This document shows, one piece after another, positions 13,701 to 27,369 of a DNA stretch of 64,000 nucleotides (the stretch's first letter is position 1; every line of letters starts with the position of its first letter). The stretch is from assembly GCA_964016885.1 (NCBI GenBank), contig OZ024743.1, forward strand, positions 140,802,001 to 140,866,000. The letters are read 5' to 3'. The position numbers and the translations under genes are program-made. Below the pieces are notes generated by a model. That model did no database searches. It worked only from the letters and a program-made list of their open reading frames with translations, and was not told where the DNA came from. This stretch comes from Eledone cirrhosa (Eukaryota).

Positions 13701-16700
13701 GGTGCTTGGTGTTTGATGTTTGGTCCTTGGTGCTTGGTGTTTGGAGTTGTGTGCTTGGTGCTTGGTGGTTGGTGTTTGGTGCTTGGTGCTTGGTGCTTGG
13801 TGTTTGGTGCTTGGTGTTTGATGCTGCGTGCTTGGTGTTTGGTGTTTGGTGCTTGGTGCTTGGTGTTTGGTGTTTGGAGCTTGGTGCCTGGTGCTTGTTG
13901 TTTGGTATTTGGCGCTTGGTGCTTGGTGTTTGGTGCTTGGTGCTTGGTGTTTGGTGTTTGGTGCTTGGTGTTTGGCGCTTGGTGCTTGGTGTTTGGTGTT
14001 TGGTGCTTGGGGTTTGGTGTTTGGTGCTTGGGGTTTGGTGTTTGGTGCTTGGTGCATGGTGTTTGGTGCTTGGTGTTTGGTGCTTGGTGCTTTGTGTTTG
14101 GTGCTTGGTGTTTGGTGCTTGGTGCTTGGTGCTTGGTGCTTGGTGTTAGGTGTTTGGTGCTTGGTGATTGGTGTTTGATGTTAGGTTCTTGGTGCTTGGT
14201 GTTTGGTGTTTGGTGCTTGGTGCTTGGTGTTTGGTGTTTGGTGCTTGCTGCTTGGTGCTTGGTGTTTTGTGTTTGGAGTTTGGTGCTTGGTGTTTGGTGC
14301 TTGGTGCTTGGTGTTTGGTGTTTGGTGCCTGGTGCTTGGTGTTTGGTGCTTGGTGTTTGGTGTTTGGTGATTGGTGCTTGGTGTTTGGTGCTTGGTGCAT
14401 GGTGCTTGGTGCTTGGTGTTAGGCGTTTGGTGCTTGGTGCTTGGTGTTTGATGTTTGGTCCTTGGTGCTTGGTGTTTGGTATTTGGTGCTTGGTGCTTGG
14501 TGTTTGGTGTTTGGTGCTTGCTGCTTGCTGCTTGGTGTTTGGTGATAGGGGCTTGGTGCTTGGTGTTTGATGTTTGGTCCTTGGTGCTTGGTGTTTGGTA
14601 TTTGGTGCTTGGTGCTTGGTGTTTGGTGTTTGGTGCTTGCTGCTTGCTGCTTGGTGTTTGGTGCTAGGGGCTTGGTGTTTGGTGCTTGGTGTTTGGTGCT
14701 TGGTGCCTGGTGCTTGGTGTTTGGTGTTTGGTGCTTGGTGTTTGGTGCTTGGTGTTTGGTACTTGGTGTTCGGTGCTTGGTGCTTGGTGCTTGGTGTTTG
14801 GTGTTTGGTGCTTGGTGCTTGGTGCTTGGTGTTTGATGTTTGGTCCTTGGTGCTTGGTGTTTGGTGTTGTGTGCTTGGTGCTTGGTGCTTGGTGTTTGGT
14901 GCTTGTTGCTTGGTGCTTGGTGTTTGGCGTTTGCTGTTTGCTGTTTGATGTTTGGTGTTTGCTGTTTGGTGTTTGCTGTTTGGTGTTTGGTGTTTGGTGC
15001 TTGCTGTTTGGTGCTTGGTGCTTGGTGTTTGGTGTTTGGTGCTTGGTGTTTGGTGCTTGGTGCTTGGTGCTGGGTGTTTGGTGCTTGGTGCTTGGTGTTT
15101 GGTGCTTGGTGCTTGGTGCTTGGTGTTTGGTCCTTGGTGCTTGGTGCTTGGTGTTTGGTGCTTGGGTTTTGGTGTTTGGTGCTTGGTGCTTGGTGTTTGG
15201 TGCTTGGTGCTTGGTGCTTGATGCTTGGTGTTTGGTGCTTGCTGCTTGGTGCTTGGTGTTTGGTGCTTGGTGCTTGGTGATTAGTGTTTGGTGATTGGTG
15301 CTTGGGGTTTGGTGTTTGGGGCTTGGTGTTTGGTGCTTGGTGCTTGCTGTTTGGTGTTTGGTGTTTGGTTCTTGGTGCTTGGTGTTTGGTGTTTGGTGTT
15401 TGGTGCTTGGTGCTTGGTGCTTGGTGTTTGGTGCTTGGTGCTTGGTGCTTGGTGTTTGGTGCTGCGGGCTTGGTGTTTGGTGTTTGGTGCTTGGTGCCTG
15501 GTGCTTGTTGTTTGGTGTTTGGTGCTTAGTGCTTGGTGTTTGGTGTTTGGTGCTTGGTGCTTGGTGGCTGGTGTTTGGTGCTTGGTGTTTGGAGTTCGGT
15601 GCTTGGTGCTTGGTGCCTGGTGTTTCGTGCTTGGTGCTTGGTGCTTGGTGTTTGGTGTTTGGTGCTTGGTGTTTGGTGTTTGGTACTTGGTGCTTGGTGC
15701 TTGGTGCTTGGTGTTTGGTGCTTGGTGTTTGATGCTGCGTGCTTGGTGTTTGGTGTTTGGTGCTTGGTGCTTGGTGTTTGGTGTTTGGAGCTTGGTGCCT
15801 GGTGCTTGTTGTTTGGTGTTTTGCGCTTGGTGCTTGGTGTTTGGTGTTTGGTGCATGGTGCTTGGTGCTTGGTATCTGGTGTTTGGTGCTTGATGTTTGG
15901 TGTTTGGTGCTTGGTGTTTGGTGTTTGGTGCTTGGTGCTTGGTGTTTGGTGCTTGGTGTTTGGTATTTGGTGTTTGATGCTTGGTTTTTGCTGCTTGGTG
16001 CTTGGTGCTTGGTGTTTTGTGTTTGGTGTTTGATGCTGCGTGCTTGGTGTTTGGTGTTTGGTGCGTGGTGCTTGGTGTTTGGTGTTTGGAGCTTGGTGCC
16101 TGGTGCTTGTTGTTTGGTGTTTGGCGCTTGGTGCTTGGTGTTTGGTGTTTGGTGCTTGGTGCTTGGTGCTTGGTGCTTGGTGTTTGGTGTTTGGTGATTA
16201 GTGTTTGGTGCTTGGTGCTTGCGGTTTCGTGTTTGGTGCTTGGGGTTTGGTGTTTGGTGCTTGGTGCTTGGTGTTTGGTGCTTGGTGCTTGGTGCTTGGT
16301 GTTTGGTGCTTGGTGTTTGGTGCTTGGTGCTTGGTGTTTGGTGTTTGGCGTTTGCTGTTTGCTGTTTGGTGTTTGGTGTTTGCTGTTTGGTGTTTGCTGT
16401 TTGGTTTTTGGTGTTTGGTGCTTGCTGTTTGGTGCTTGGTGCTTGGTGTTTGGTGTTCGGTGCTTGGTGCTTGGTGCTTGGTGTTTGGTGCTTGGTGCTG
16501 GGTGTTTGGTGCTTGGTGCTTGGTGTTTGGTGCTTGGTGCTTGGTGCTTGGTGTTTGGTCCTTGGTGCATGGTGCTTGGTCTTTGGTGCTAGGGTTGTGG
16601 TGTTTGGTGCTTGGTGCTTGGTGTTTGGTGCTTGGTTCTTGGTGCTTGGTGCTTGGTGTTTGGTGATTGCTGCTTGGTGCTTGGTGTTTGGTGCTTGGTG

Positions 16701-19700
16701 CTTGGTGATTAGTGTTTGGTGATTGGTGCTTGGGGTTTGCTGTTTGGTGCTTGGTGTTTGGTGCTTGGTGCTTGCTGTTTGGTGTTTGGTGTTTGGTTCT
16801 TGGTGCTTGGTGTTTGGTGTTTGGTGGTTGGTGCTTGGTGCTTGGTGCTTGGTGTTTGGTGCTTGTTGCTTGGTGCTTGGTGTTTGGTGCTGCGTGCTTG
16901 GTGTTTGGTGTTTGGTGCTTGGTGCCTGGTGCTTGTTGTTTGGTGCTTAGTGCTTGGTGTTTGGTGTTTGGTGCTTGGTGCTTGGTGGCTGGTGCTTGGT
17001 GCTTGGTGTTTGGAGTTTGGTGCTTGGTGCTCGGTGCCTGGTGTTTCGTGCTTGGTGCTTGGTGCTTGGTGTTTGGTGTTTGGTGCTTGGTGTTTGGTGT
17101 TTGGTACTTGGTGCTTGGTGCCTGGTGTTTGGTGCTTGGTGTTTGATGCTGCGTGCTTGGTGTTTGGTGTTTGGTGCTTGGTGCTTGGTGTTTGGTGTTT
17201 GGAGCTTGGTGCCTGCTGCTTGTTGTTTGGTGTTTGGTGCTTGGTGCTTGGTGCTTGGTATCTGGTGTTTGGTGCTTGATGTTTGGTGTTTGGTGCTTGG
17301 TGCTTGGTGCTCGGTGTTTTGTGTTTGGTGCTTGGTGCTTGTTGTTTGGTGCTTGGTGCTTGGTGATTAGTGTTTGGTGCTTGGTGCTTGTGGTTTGATG
17401 TTTGGTGCTTGGGGTTTGGTGTTTGGTGCTTGGTGCTTGGTGTTTGGTGCTTGGTGCTTGGTGCTTGGTGTTTGGTGCTTGGTGCTTGGTGTCTGGTGCT
17501 TGGTGCTTGGTGTTTGGTGCTTGGTGTTTGGTGTTTGGTGCTTGGTGCTTGGTGCTTGGTGTTAGGTGTTTGGTCCTTGGTGCTTGGTGTTTGGTGTTTG
17601 TTGCTTGGTGCTTGGTGTTTGGTGCTTGGTGTTTGGTGCTTGGTGTTTGGGGCTTGGTGTTCGGTGCTTGGTGCTTGGTGCTTGGGGCTTGGTGTTTGGT
17701 GTTTGGTGCTTGGTGCTTGGTGTTTGATGTTGGGTCCTTGGTGCTTGGTGTTTGGTGTTTGGTGTTTGGTGTTTGGTGTTTGGTGCTTGGTGCTTGGTGT
17801 TTGGTGTTTGGTGCTTGGTGCTTGGGGCTTGGTGTTTGGTGCTTGGTGCTTGGTGTTTGGTGCTTCTGCTTGGGGCTTGGTAGTTGGTGCTTGGTGCTTG
17901 GTGCCTGGTGTTTGGTGTTTCGTGTTTGGTGCTTGGTGTATGGTGCTTGGTGCTTGGTGCTGGGTGGTTGGTGTTTGGTGCTTGGTGCTTGGTGTTTGGT
18001 GCTTGGTGCTTGGTGCTTGTTGTTTGGTGCTTGGTGCTTGGTGCTTCGTGATTGGTGCTTGGTGCTTGGTGTTTGGTGCTTGGTGCTTGGTGATTAGTGT
18101 TTGTTGCTTGGTGCTTGGGGTTTGGTGGTTGGTGCTTGGTGCTTGGTGTTTGGTGTTTGGTGTTTGGTGTTTGGTGTTTGCTGTATGGTGTTTGCTGTTT
18201 CATATTTGGTTTTTGCTGTTTGGTGTTTGGTGTTTGCTGTTTGGTGTTTGGTGTTTGGTGTTTGGTGCTTGGTGCTTGGTGCTTGGTGTTTGGCGTTTGG
18301 TGCTTGGTGCTTGGTGTTTGGTGCTTCGTGCTTGGTGTTTGGTGTTTGGTGCTTGGTGCCTGGTGCTTGTTGTATGGTGCTTGGTGCTTGGTGATTAGTG
18401 TTTGGTGCTTGGTGCTTGGTGTTTGGTGCTTGGTGTTTGGTGCTTGGTGCCTGGTGCTTGGTGTTTGGTGTTTGATGCTTGGTGTTTGGTGTTTGGTGTT
18501 TGGTACTTGGTGTTCGGTGCTTGGTGCTTGGTTCTTGGTGCTTGGTGTTTGGTGTTTGGTGCTTGGTGCTTGGTGTTTGATTTTTGGTCCTTGGTGCTTG
18601 GTGTTTGGTGTTGTGTGCTTGGTGCTTGGTGGTTGGTGTTTGGTGCTTGGTGCTTGGTCCTTGGTGTTTGGTGCTTGGTGTTTGATGCTGCGTGCTTGGT
18701 GTTTGGTGTTTGGTGCTTGGTGCTTGGTGTTTGGTGTTTGGAGCTTGGTGCCTGGTGCTTGTTGTTTGGTGTTTGGCGCTTGGTGCTTGGTGTTTGGTGT
18801 TTGGTGCTTGGTGCTTGGTGCTTGGTATCTGGTGTTTGGTGCTTGATGTTTGGTGTTTGGTGCTTGGTGTTTGGTGTTTGGTGCTTGGTGCTTGGTGTTT
18901 GGTGCTTGGTGTTTGGTGTTTGGTGTTTGATGCTTGGTGTTTGCTGCTTGGTGCTTGGTGCTTGGTGTTTGGTGTTTGGTGTTTGATGCTGCGTGCTTGG
19001 TGTTTGGTGTTTGGTGCTTGGTGCTTGGTGTTTGGTGTTTGGAGCTTGGTGCCTGGTGCTTGTTGTTTGGTGTTTGGCGCTTGGTGCTTGGTGTTTGGTG
19101 TTTGGTGCTTGGTGCTTGGTGCTTGGTATCTGGTGTTAGGTGCTTGATGTTTGGTGTTTGGTGCTTAGTGTTTGGTGCTTGGTGCTTGGTGCTTGGTGTT
19201 TGGTGCTTGTTGCTTGGTGCTTGGTGTTTGGTGCTGCGTGCTTGGTGTTTGGTGTTTGGTGCTTGGTGCCTGGTGCTTGTTGTTTGGTGCTTAGTGCTTG
19301 GTGTTTGGTGTTTGATGCTTGGTGTTTGCTGCTGGCTGCTTGCTGCTTGGTGTTTGGTGCTAGGGGCTTGGTGCTTGGTGCTTGGTGTTTGGTGCTTGGT
19401 GCTTGGTGCCTGGTGCTTGGTGCTTGGTGCTTGTTGTTTGGTGCTTGGTGCTTGGTGATTAGTGTTTGGTGCTTGGTGCTTGCGGTTTGGTGTTTGGTGC
19501 TTGGGGTTTGGTGTTTGGTGCTTGGTGCTTGGTGTTTGGTGCTTGGTGCTTGGTGCTTGGTGTTTGGTGCTTGGTGCTTGGTGTTTGGTGCTTGGTGCTT
19601 GGTGTTTGGTGTTTCGCGTTTGGTGTTTGCTGTTTGGTGTTTGGTGTTTGCTGTTTGGTGCTTGGTGCTTGGTGTTTGGTGTTTGGTGTTTGGTGCTTGG

Positions 19701-20049
19701 TGCTTGGTGTTTGGTGCTTGGTGCTTGGTGCTGGGTGTTTGGTGCTTGGTGCTTGGTGTTTGGTGCTTGGTGCTTGGTGCTTGGTGTTTGGTCCTTGGTG
19801 CTTGGTGCTTGGTCTTTGGTGCTTGTGTTTTGGTGTTTGGTACTTGGTGCTTGGTGTTTGGTGCTTGGTTCTTGGTGCTTGGTGCTTGGTGTTTGTTGAT
19901 TGCTGCTTGGTGCTTGGTGTTTGGTGCTTGGTGCTTGGTGACTAGTGTTTGGTGATTGGTGCTTGGGGTTTGCTGTTTGGTGCTTGGTGTTTGGTGCTTG
20001 GTGCTTGCTGTTTGGTGTTTGGTGTTTGGTTCTTGGTGCTTGGTGTTTG

Positions 20050-23000
20050 GTGTTTGGTGTTTGGTGCCTGGTGCTTGTTGTTTGGTGCTTAGTGCTTGGT
20101 GTTTGGTGTTTGGTGCTTGGTGCTTGGTGGCTGGTGCTTGGTGCTTGGTGTTTGGAGTTTGGTGCTTGGTGCTTGGTGCCTGGTGTTTCGTGCTTGGTGC
20201 TTGGTGTTAGGTGTTTGGTGCTTGGTGTTTGGTGTTTGGTACTTGGTGCTTGGTGCTTGGTGCTTGGTGTTTGGTGCTTGGTGTTTGATGCTGCGTGCTT
20301 GGTGTTTGGTGTTTGGTGCTTGGTGCTTGGTGTTTGGTGTTTGGAGCTTGGTGCCTGCTGCTTGTTGTTTGGTGTTTGGTGCTTGGTGCTTGGTGCTTGG
20401 TATCTGGTGTTTGGTGCTTGATGTCTGGTGTTTGGTGCTTGGTGCTTGGTGCTTGGTGTTTGGTGCTTGGTGCTTGGTGCTTGGTGTTTGGTGCTTGGTG
20501 TTTGGTGTTTGGTGTTTGATGCTTGGTGTTTGCTGCTTGGTGCTTGGTGCTTGGTGTTTTGTGTTTGGTGCTTGGTGCTTGGTGCCTGGTGCTTGTTGCT
20601 TGGTGCTTGTTGATTGGTGCTTGGTGCTTGGTGATTAGTGTTTGGTGCTTGGTGTGTGCGGTTTGATGTTTGGTGCTTGGGGTTTGGTGTTTGGTGCTTG
20701 GTGCTTGGTGTTTGGTGCTTGGTGCTTGGTGCTTGGTGCTTGGTGCTTGGTGTTTGGTGCTTGGTGCTTGGTGTTTGGTGCTTGGTGTTTGGTGCTTGGT
20801 GCTTGGTGCTTGGTGCTTGGTGTTAGGTGTTTGGTGCTTGGTGCTTGGTGTTTGATGTTTGGTCCTTGGTGCTTGGTGTTTGGTGTTTGTTGCTTGGTGC
20901 TTGGTGTTTGGTGTTTGGTGCTTGCTGCTTGCTGCTTGGTGTTTGGTGCTTGGTGATTGGTGCTTGGTGTTTTGTGCTTGGTGCTTGGTGTTTGGTGTTT
21001 GGTGCTAGGGGCTTGGTGCTTCGTGCTTGGTGTTTGGTGTTTGGTGCTTGCTGTTTGGTGTTTGGTGCTTGGTGCGTGGGACTTAGTGTTTGGTGTTTGG
21101 TGCTTGGTGTTTGGTGCTTGGTGTTTGGTGCTTGGTGTTTGGGGCTTGGTGTTCGGTGCTTGGTGCTTGGTGCTTGGGGCTTGGTGTTTGGTGTTTGGTG
21201 GTTGGTGCTTGGTGTTTGATGTTGGGTCCTTGGTGCTTGGTGTTTGGTGTTTGGTGCTTGGTGTTTGGTGTTTGGTGCTTGGTGCTTGGTGTTTGGTGTT
21301 TGGTGCTTGGTGCATGGGGCTTGGTGTTTGGTGCTTGGTGCTTGGTGTTTGGTGCTTCTGCTTGGGGCTTGGTAGTTGGTGCTTGGTGCCTGGTGTTTGG
21401 TGTTTGGTGTTTGGTGCTTGGTGTATGGTGCTTGGTGCTTGGTGCTGGGTGGTTGGTGTTTGGTGCTTGGTGCTTGGTGTTTGGTGCTTGGTGCTTGGTG
21501 CTTGTTGTTTGGTGCTTGGTGCTTGGTGCTTGGTCTTTGGTGCATGGTGTTTGGTGTTTGGCGCTTGGTGCTTGGTGCTTCGTGATTGGTGTTTTGTGTT
21601 TGGTGTTTGATGCTGCGTGCTTGGTGTTTGGTGTTTGGTGTTTGGTGTTTGGTGTTTGCTGTTTGGTGTCTGCTTTTTGGTGTTTGGTGTTTGCTGTATG
21701 GTGTTTTCTGTTTCGTATTTGGTTTTTGCTGTTTGGTGTTTGGTGTTTGCTGTTTGGTGTTTGGTGTTTGGTGTTTGGTGCTTGGTGCATGGTGCTTGGT
21801 GTTTGGCGTTTGGTGCTTGGTGCTTGGTGTTTGGTGCTTCGTGCTTGGTGTTTGGTGTTTGGTGCTTGGTGCCTGGTGCTTGTTGTATGGTGTTTGGTGC
21901 TTGGTGCTTGGTGTTTGGTGTTTGTGTTTTGGTGTTTGGTGCTTGGTGTTTTGTGTTTGGTGATTGGTGCTTGGTGCCTGGTGCTTGGTGCTTGGTGCTT
22001 GTTGTTTGGTGCTTGGTGCTTGGTGATTAGTGTTTGGTGCTTGGTGCTTGCGGTTTGGTGTTTGGTGCTTGGGGTTTGGTGCTTGGTGCTTGGTGCTTGG
22101 TGTTTGGTGCTTGGTGCTTGGTGTTTGGTGCTTGGTGCTTGGTGTTTGGTGTTTGGCGTTTGCTGTTTGCTGTTTGCTGTTTGGTGCTTGCTGTTTGGTG
22201 CTTGGTGCTTGGTGTTTGGTGTTTGGTGTTTTGTGCTTGGTGCTTGGTGTTTGGTGCTTGGTGCTTGGTGCTGTGTGTTTGGTGCTTGGTGCTTGGTGTT
22301 TGGTGCTTGGTGCTTGGTGCTTGGTGTTTGCTCCTTGGTGTTTGGTGTTTGGTGTTTTGTGCTTGGTGCTTGGTGTTTGTTGATTGCTGCTTGGTGCTTG
22401 GTGTTTGGTGCTTGGTGCTTGGTGACTAGTGTTTGGTGATTGGTGCTTGGGGTTTGCTGTTTGGTGCTTGGTGTTTGGTGCTTGGTGCTTGCTGTTTGGT
22501 GTTTGGTGTTTGGTTCTTGGTGCTTGGTGTTTGGTGTTTGGTGTTTGGTGCTTGGTGCTTGGTGTTTGGTGCTTGGTGCTTGGTGCTTGGTGTTTGGTGC
22601 TGCGTGCTTGGTGTTTGGTGTTTGGTGCTTGGTGCCTGGTGCTTGTTGTTTGGTGCTTAGTGCTTGGTGTTTGGTGTTTGGTGCTTGGTGCTTGGTGGCT
22701 GGTGCTTGGTGCTTGGTGTTTGGAGTTTGGTGCTTGGTGCTTGGTGCCTGGTGTTTCGTGCTTGGTGCTTGGTGTTTGGTGTTTGGTGCTTGGTGTTTGG
22801 TGTTTGGTACTTGGTGCTTGGTGCTTGGTGCTTGGTGTTTGGTGCTTGGTGTTTGATGCTGCGTGCTTGGTGTTTGGTGTTTGGTGCTTGGTGCTTGGTG
22901 TTTGGTGTTTGGAGCTTGGTGCCTGCTGCTTGTTGTTTGGTGTTTGGTGCTTGGTGCTTGGTGCTTGGTATCTGGTGTCTGGTGCTTGATGTCTGGTGTT

Positions 23001-24900
23001 TGGTGCTTGGTGCTTGGTGCTTGGTGTTTGGTGTTTGGTGCTTGGTGCTTGGTGTTTGGTGCTTGGTGTTTGGTGTTTGGTGTTTGATGCTTGGTGTTTG
23101 CTGCTTGGTGCTTGGTGCTTGGTGTTTTGTGTTTGGTGCTTGGTGCTTGGTGCCTGGTGCTTGTTGCTTGGTGCTTGTTGATTGGTGCTTGGTGCTTGGT
23201 GATTAGTGTTTGGTGCTTGGTGCGTGCGGTTTGATGTTTGGTGCTTGGGGTTTGGTGTTTGGTGCTTGGTGCTTGGTGTTTGGTGCTTGGTGCTTGGTGC
23301 TTGGTGCTTGGTGCTTGGTGTTTGGTGCTTGGTGCTTGGTGTTTGGTGCTTGGTGTTTGGTGCTTGGTGCTTGGTGCTTGGTGCTTGGTGTTAGGTGTTT
23401 GGTGCTTGGTGCTTGGTGTTTGATGTTTGGTCCTTGGTGCTTGGTGTTTGGTGTTTGTTGCTTGGTGCTTGGTGTTTGGTGTTTGGTGCTTGCTGCTTGC
23501 TGCTTGGTGTTTGGTGCTTGGTGATTGGTGCTTGGTGTTTTGTGCTTGGTGCTTGGTGTTTGGTGTTTGGTGCTAGGGGCTTGGTGCTTCGTGCTTGGTG
23601 TTTGGTGCTTGGTGCTTGCTGTTTGGTGTTTGGTGCTTGGTGCGTGGGACTTAGTGTTTGGTGTTTGGTGCTTCGTGTTTGGTGCTTGGTGTTTGGTGCT
23701 TGGTGTTTGGGGCTTGGTGTTCGGTGCTTGGTGCTTGGTGCTTGGGGCTTGGTGTTTGGTGTTTGGTGCTTGGTGCTTGGTGTTTGATGTTGGGTCCTTG
23801 GTGCTTGGTGTTTGGTGTTTGGTGCTTGGTGTTTGGTGTTTGGTGCTTGGTGCTTGGTGTTTGGTGTTTGGTGCTTGGTGCATGGGGCTTGGTGTTTGGT
23901 GCTTGGTGCTTGGTGTTTGGTGCTTCTGCTTGGGGCTTGGTAGTTGGTGCTTGGTGCCTGGTGTTTGGTGTTTGGTGTTTGGTGCTTGGTGTATGGTGCT
24001 TGGTGCTTGGTGCTGGGTGGTTGGTGTTTGGTGCTTGGTGCCTGGTGTTTGGTGCTTGGTGCTTGGTGCTTGTTGTTTGGTGCTTGGTGCTTGGTGCTTG
24101 GTCTTTGGTGCATGGTGTTTGGTGTTTGGCGCTTGGTGCTTGGTGCTTCGTGATTGGTGCTTGGGGTTTGGTGGTTGGTGCTTGGTGCTTGGTGTTTGGT
24201 GTTTGGTGTTTGGTGTTTGGTGTTTGCTGTTTGGTGTCTGCTTTTTGGTGCTTGGTGTTTGCTGTATGGTGTTTGCTGTTTCGTATTTGGTTTTTGCTGT
24301 TTGGTGTTTGGTGTTTGCTGTTTGGTGTTTGGTGTTTGGTGTTTGGTGCTTGGTGCTTGGTGCTTGGTGTTTGGCGTTTGGTGCTTGGTGCTTGGTGTTT
24401 GGTGCTTCGTGCTTGGTGTTTGGTGTTTGGTGCTTGGTGCCTGGTGCTTGTTGTATGGTGTTTGGTGCTTGGTGCTTGGTGTTGGGTGTTTGTGTTTTGA
24501 TGTTTGGTGCTTGGTGTTTTGTGTTTGGTGATTGGTGCTTGGTGCCTGGTGCTTGGTGCTTGGTGCTTGTTGTTTGGTGCTTGGTGCTTGGTGATTAGTG
24601 TTTGGTGCTTGGTGCTTGCGGTTTGGTGTTTGGTGCTTGGGGTTTGGTGCTTGGTGCTTGGTGCTTGGTGTTTGCTGCTTGGTGCTTGGTGTTTGGTGCT
24701 TGGTGCTTGGTGTTTGGTGTTTGGCGTTTGCTGTTTGCTGTTTGCTGTTTGGTGCTTGCTGTTTCGTGCTTGGTGCTTGGTGTTTGGTGTTTGGTGTTTT
24801 GTGTTTGCTGCTTGGTGTTTGGTGCTTGGTGCTTGGTGCTGTGTGTTTGGTGCTTGGTGCTTGGTGTTTGGTGCTTGGTGCTTGGTGCTTGGTATTTGCT
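20050..24900 (+). repeat. Higher-order tandem duplication, period 2568 bp (367 units including one 6-mer)
   Basis: ORF pairs 20096/22664, 20638/23206, 20827/23395, 22030/24598; markers TTCTGC 21356/23924 and CTGCTTT 21670/24238. The copies differ at scattered sites, so this is older than the 28.7-43.8 kb duplications. Ends approximate. Confidence 0.9.
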
Positions 24901-27369
24901 CCTTGGTGCTTGGTGCTTGGTCTTTGGTGCTTGGGTTTTGGTGTTTGGTGCATGGTGCTTGGTGTTTGGTGCTTGGTTCTTGGTGCTTGGTGCTTGGTGT
25001 TTGGTGATTGCTGCTTGGTGCTTGGTGTTTGGTGCTTGGTGCTTGGTGATTAGTGTTTGGTGATTGGTGCTTGGGGTTTGCTGTTTGGTGCTTGGTGTTT
25101 GGTGCTTGGTGCTTGCTGTTTGGTGTTTGGTGTTTGGTTCTTGGTGCTTGGTGTTTGGTGTTTGGTGTCTGGTGCTTGGTGCTTGGTGCTTGGTGTTTGG
25201 TGCTTGGTGCTTGGTGCTTGGTGTTTGGTGCTGCGTGCTTGGTGTTTGGTGCTTGGTGCTTGGTGATTAGTGTTTGGTGCTTTGTGTTTGGTGCTTGGTG
25301 TTTGGTGCTTGGTGCTTGGTGCTTAGTGCTTGGTGTTAGGTGTTTGGTGCTTGGTGATTGGTGTTTGATGTTAGGTTCTTGGTGCTTGGTGTTTGGTGTT
25401 TGGTGCTTGGTGCTTGGTGTTTGGTGTTTGGTGCTTGGTGCTTGGTGCTTGGTGCTTGGTGTTAGGTGTTTGGTGCTTGGTGCTTGGTGTTTGGTGCTTG
25501 GTGCTTTGTGTTTGGTGCTTGGTGTTTGGTGCTTGGTGCTTGGTGCTTGGTGCTTGGTGTTAGGTGTTTGGTGTTTGGTGATTGGTGTTTGATGTTAGGT
25601 TCTTGGTGCTTGGTGTTTGGTGTTTGGTGCTTGGTGCTTGGTGTTTGGTGTTTGGTGCTTGGTGCTTGGTGCTTGGTGCTTGGTGTTTGGTGTTTGGTGT
25701 TTGATGCTTGGTGTTTGCTGCTTGGTGCTTGGTGCTTGGTGTTTTGTGTTTGGTGTTTGATGCTGCGTGCTTGGTGTTTGGTGTTTGGTGCTTGGTGCTT
25801 GGTGTTTGGTGTTTGGAGCTTGGTGCCTGGTGCTTGTTGTTTGGTGTTTGGCGCTTGGTGCTTGGTGATTGGTGTTTGGTGCTTGGTGCTTGGTGCTTGG
25901 TATCTGGTGTTAGGTGCTTGATGTTTGGTGTTTGGTGCTTAGTGTTTGGTGTTTGGTGCATGGTGCTTGGTGTTTGGTGCTTGGTGTTTGGTGTTTGGTG
26001 TTTGATGCTTGGTGTTTGCTGCTGGCTGCTTGCTGCTTGGTGTTTGGTGCTAGGGGCTTGGTGCTTGGTGCTTGGTGTTTGGTGCTTGGTGCTTGGTGCC
26101 TGGTGCTTGGTGCTTGGTGCTTGTTGTTTGGTGCTTGGTGCTTGGTGATTAGTGTTTGGTGCTTGGTGCTTGAGGTTTGGTGTTTGGTGCTTGGGGTTTG
26201 GTGTTTGGTGCTTGGTGCTTGGTGTTTGGTGCTTGGTGCTTGGTGCTTGGTGTTTGGTGCTTGGTGCTTGGTGTTTGGTGCTTGGTGCTTGGTGTTTGGT
26301 GTTTGGCGTTTGCTGTTTGCTGTTTTGTGCTTGGTGCTTGGGGTTTGGTGTTTGGTGCTTGGTGCTTGGTGTTTGGTGCTTGGTGCTTGGTGCTGGGTGT
26401 TTGGTGCTTGGTGCTTGGTGTTTGGTGCTTGGTGCTTGGTGCTTGGTGTTTGGTCCTTGGTGCTTGGTGCTTGGTCTTTGGTGCTTGGGGTTTGGTGTTT
26501 GGTGCTTGGTGCTTGGTGTTTGGTGCTTGGTTCTTGGTGCTTGGTGCTTGGTGTTTGGTGATTGCTGCTTGGTGCTTGGTGTTTGGTGCTTGGTGCTTGG
26601 TGACTAGTGTTTGGTTATTGGTGCTTGGGGTTTGCTGTTTGGTGCTTGGTGTTTGGTGCTTGGTGCTTGCTGTTTGGTGTTTGTTGTTTGGTTCTTGGTG
26701 CTTGGTGTTTGGTGTTTGGTGTTTGGTGCTTGGTGCTTGGTGTTTGGTGCTTGGTGCTTGGTGCTTGGTGTTTGGTGCTGCGTGCTTGGTGTTTGGTGTT
26801 TGGTGCTTGGTGCCTGGTGCTTGGTGTTTGGTGTTTGGTGCTTGGTGTTTGGTGTTTGGTACTTGGTGCTTGGTGCTTGGTGCTTGGTGTTTGGTGCTTG
26901 GTGTTTGATGCTGCGTGCTTGGTGTTTGGTGTTTGGTGCTTGGTGCTTCGTGTTTGGTGTTTGGAGCTTGGTGCCTGCTGCTTGTTGTTTGGTGTTTGGT
27001 GCTTGGTGCTTGGTGCTTGGTATCTGGTGTTTGGTGCTTGATGTCTGGTGTTTGGTGCTTGGTGCTTGGTGCTTGGTGTTTGGTGTTTGGTGCTTGGTGC
27101 TTGGTGTTTGGTGCTTGGTGTTTGGTGTTTGGTGTTTGATGCTTGGTGTTTGCTGCTTGGTGCTTGGTGCTTGGTGTTTTGTGTTTGGTGCTTGGTGCTT
27201 GGTGCCTGGTGCTTGGTGCTTGGTGCTTGTTGTTTGGTGCTTGGTGCTTGGTGATTAGTGTTTGGTGCTTGGTGCTTGCGGTTTGATGTTTGGTGCTTGG
27301 GGTTTGGTGTTTGGTGCTTGGTGCTTGGTGTTTGGTGCTTGGTGCTTGGTGCTTGGTGCTTGGTGCTTG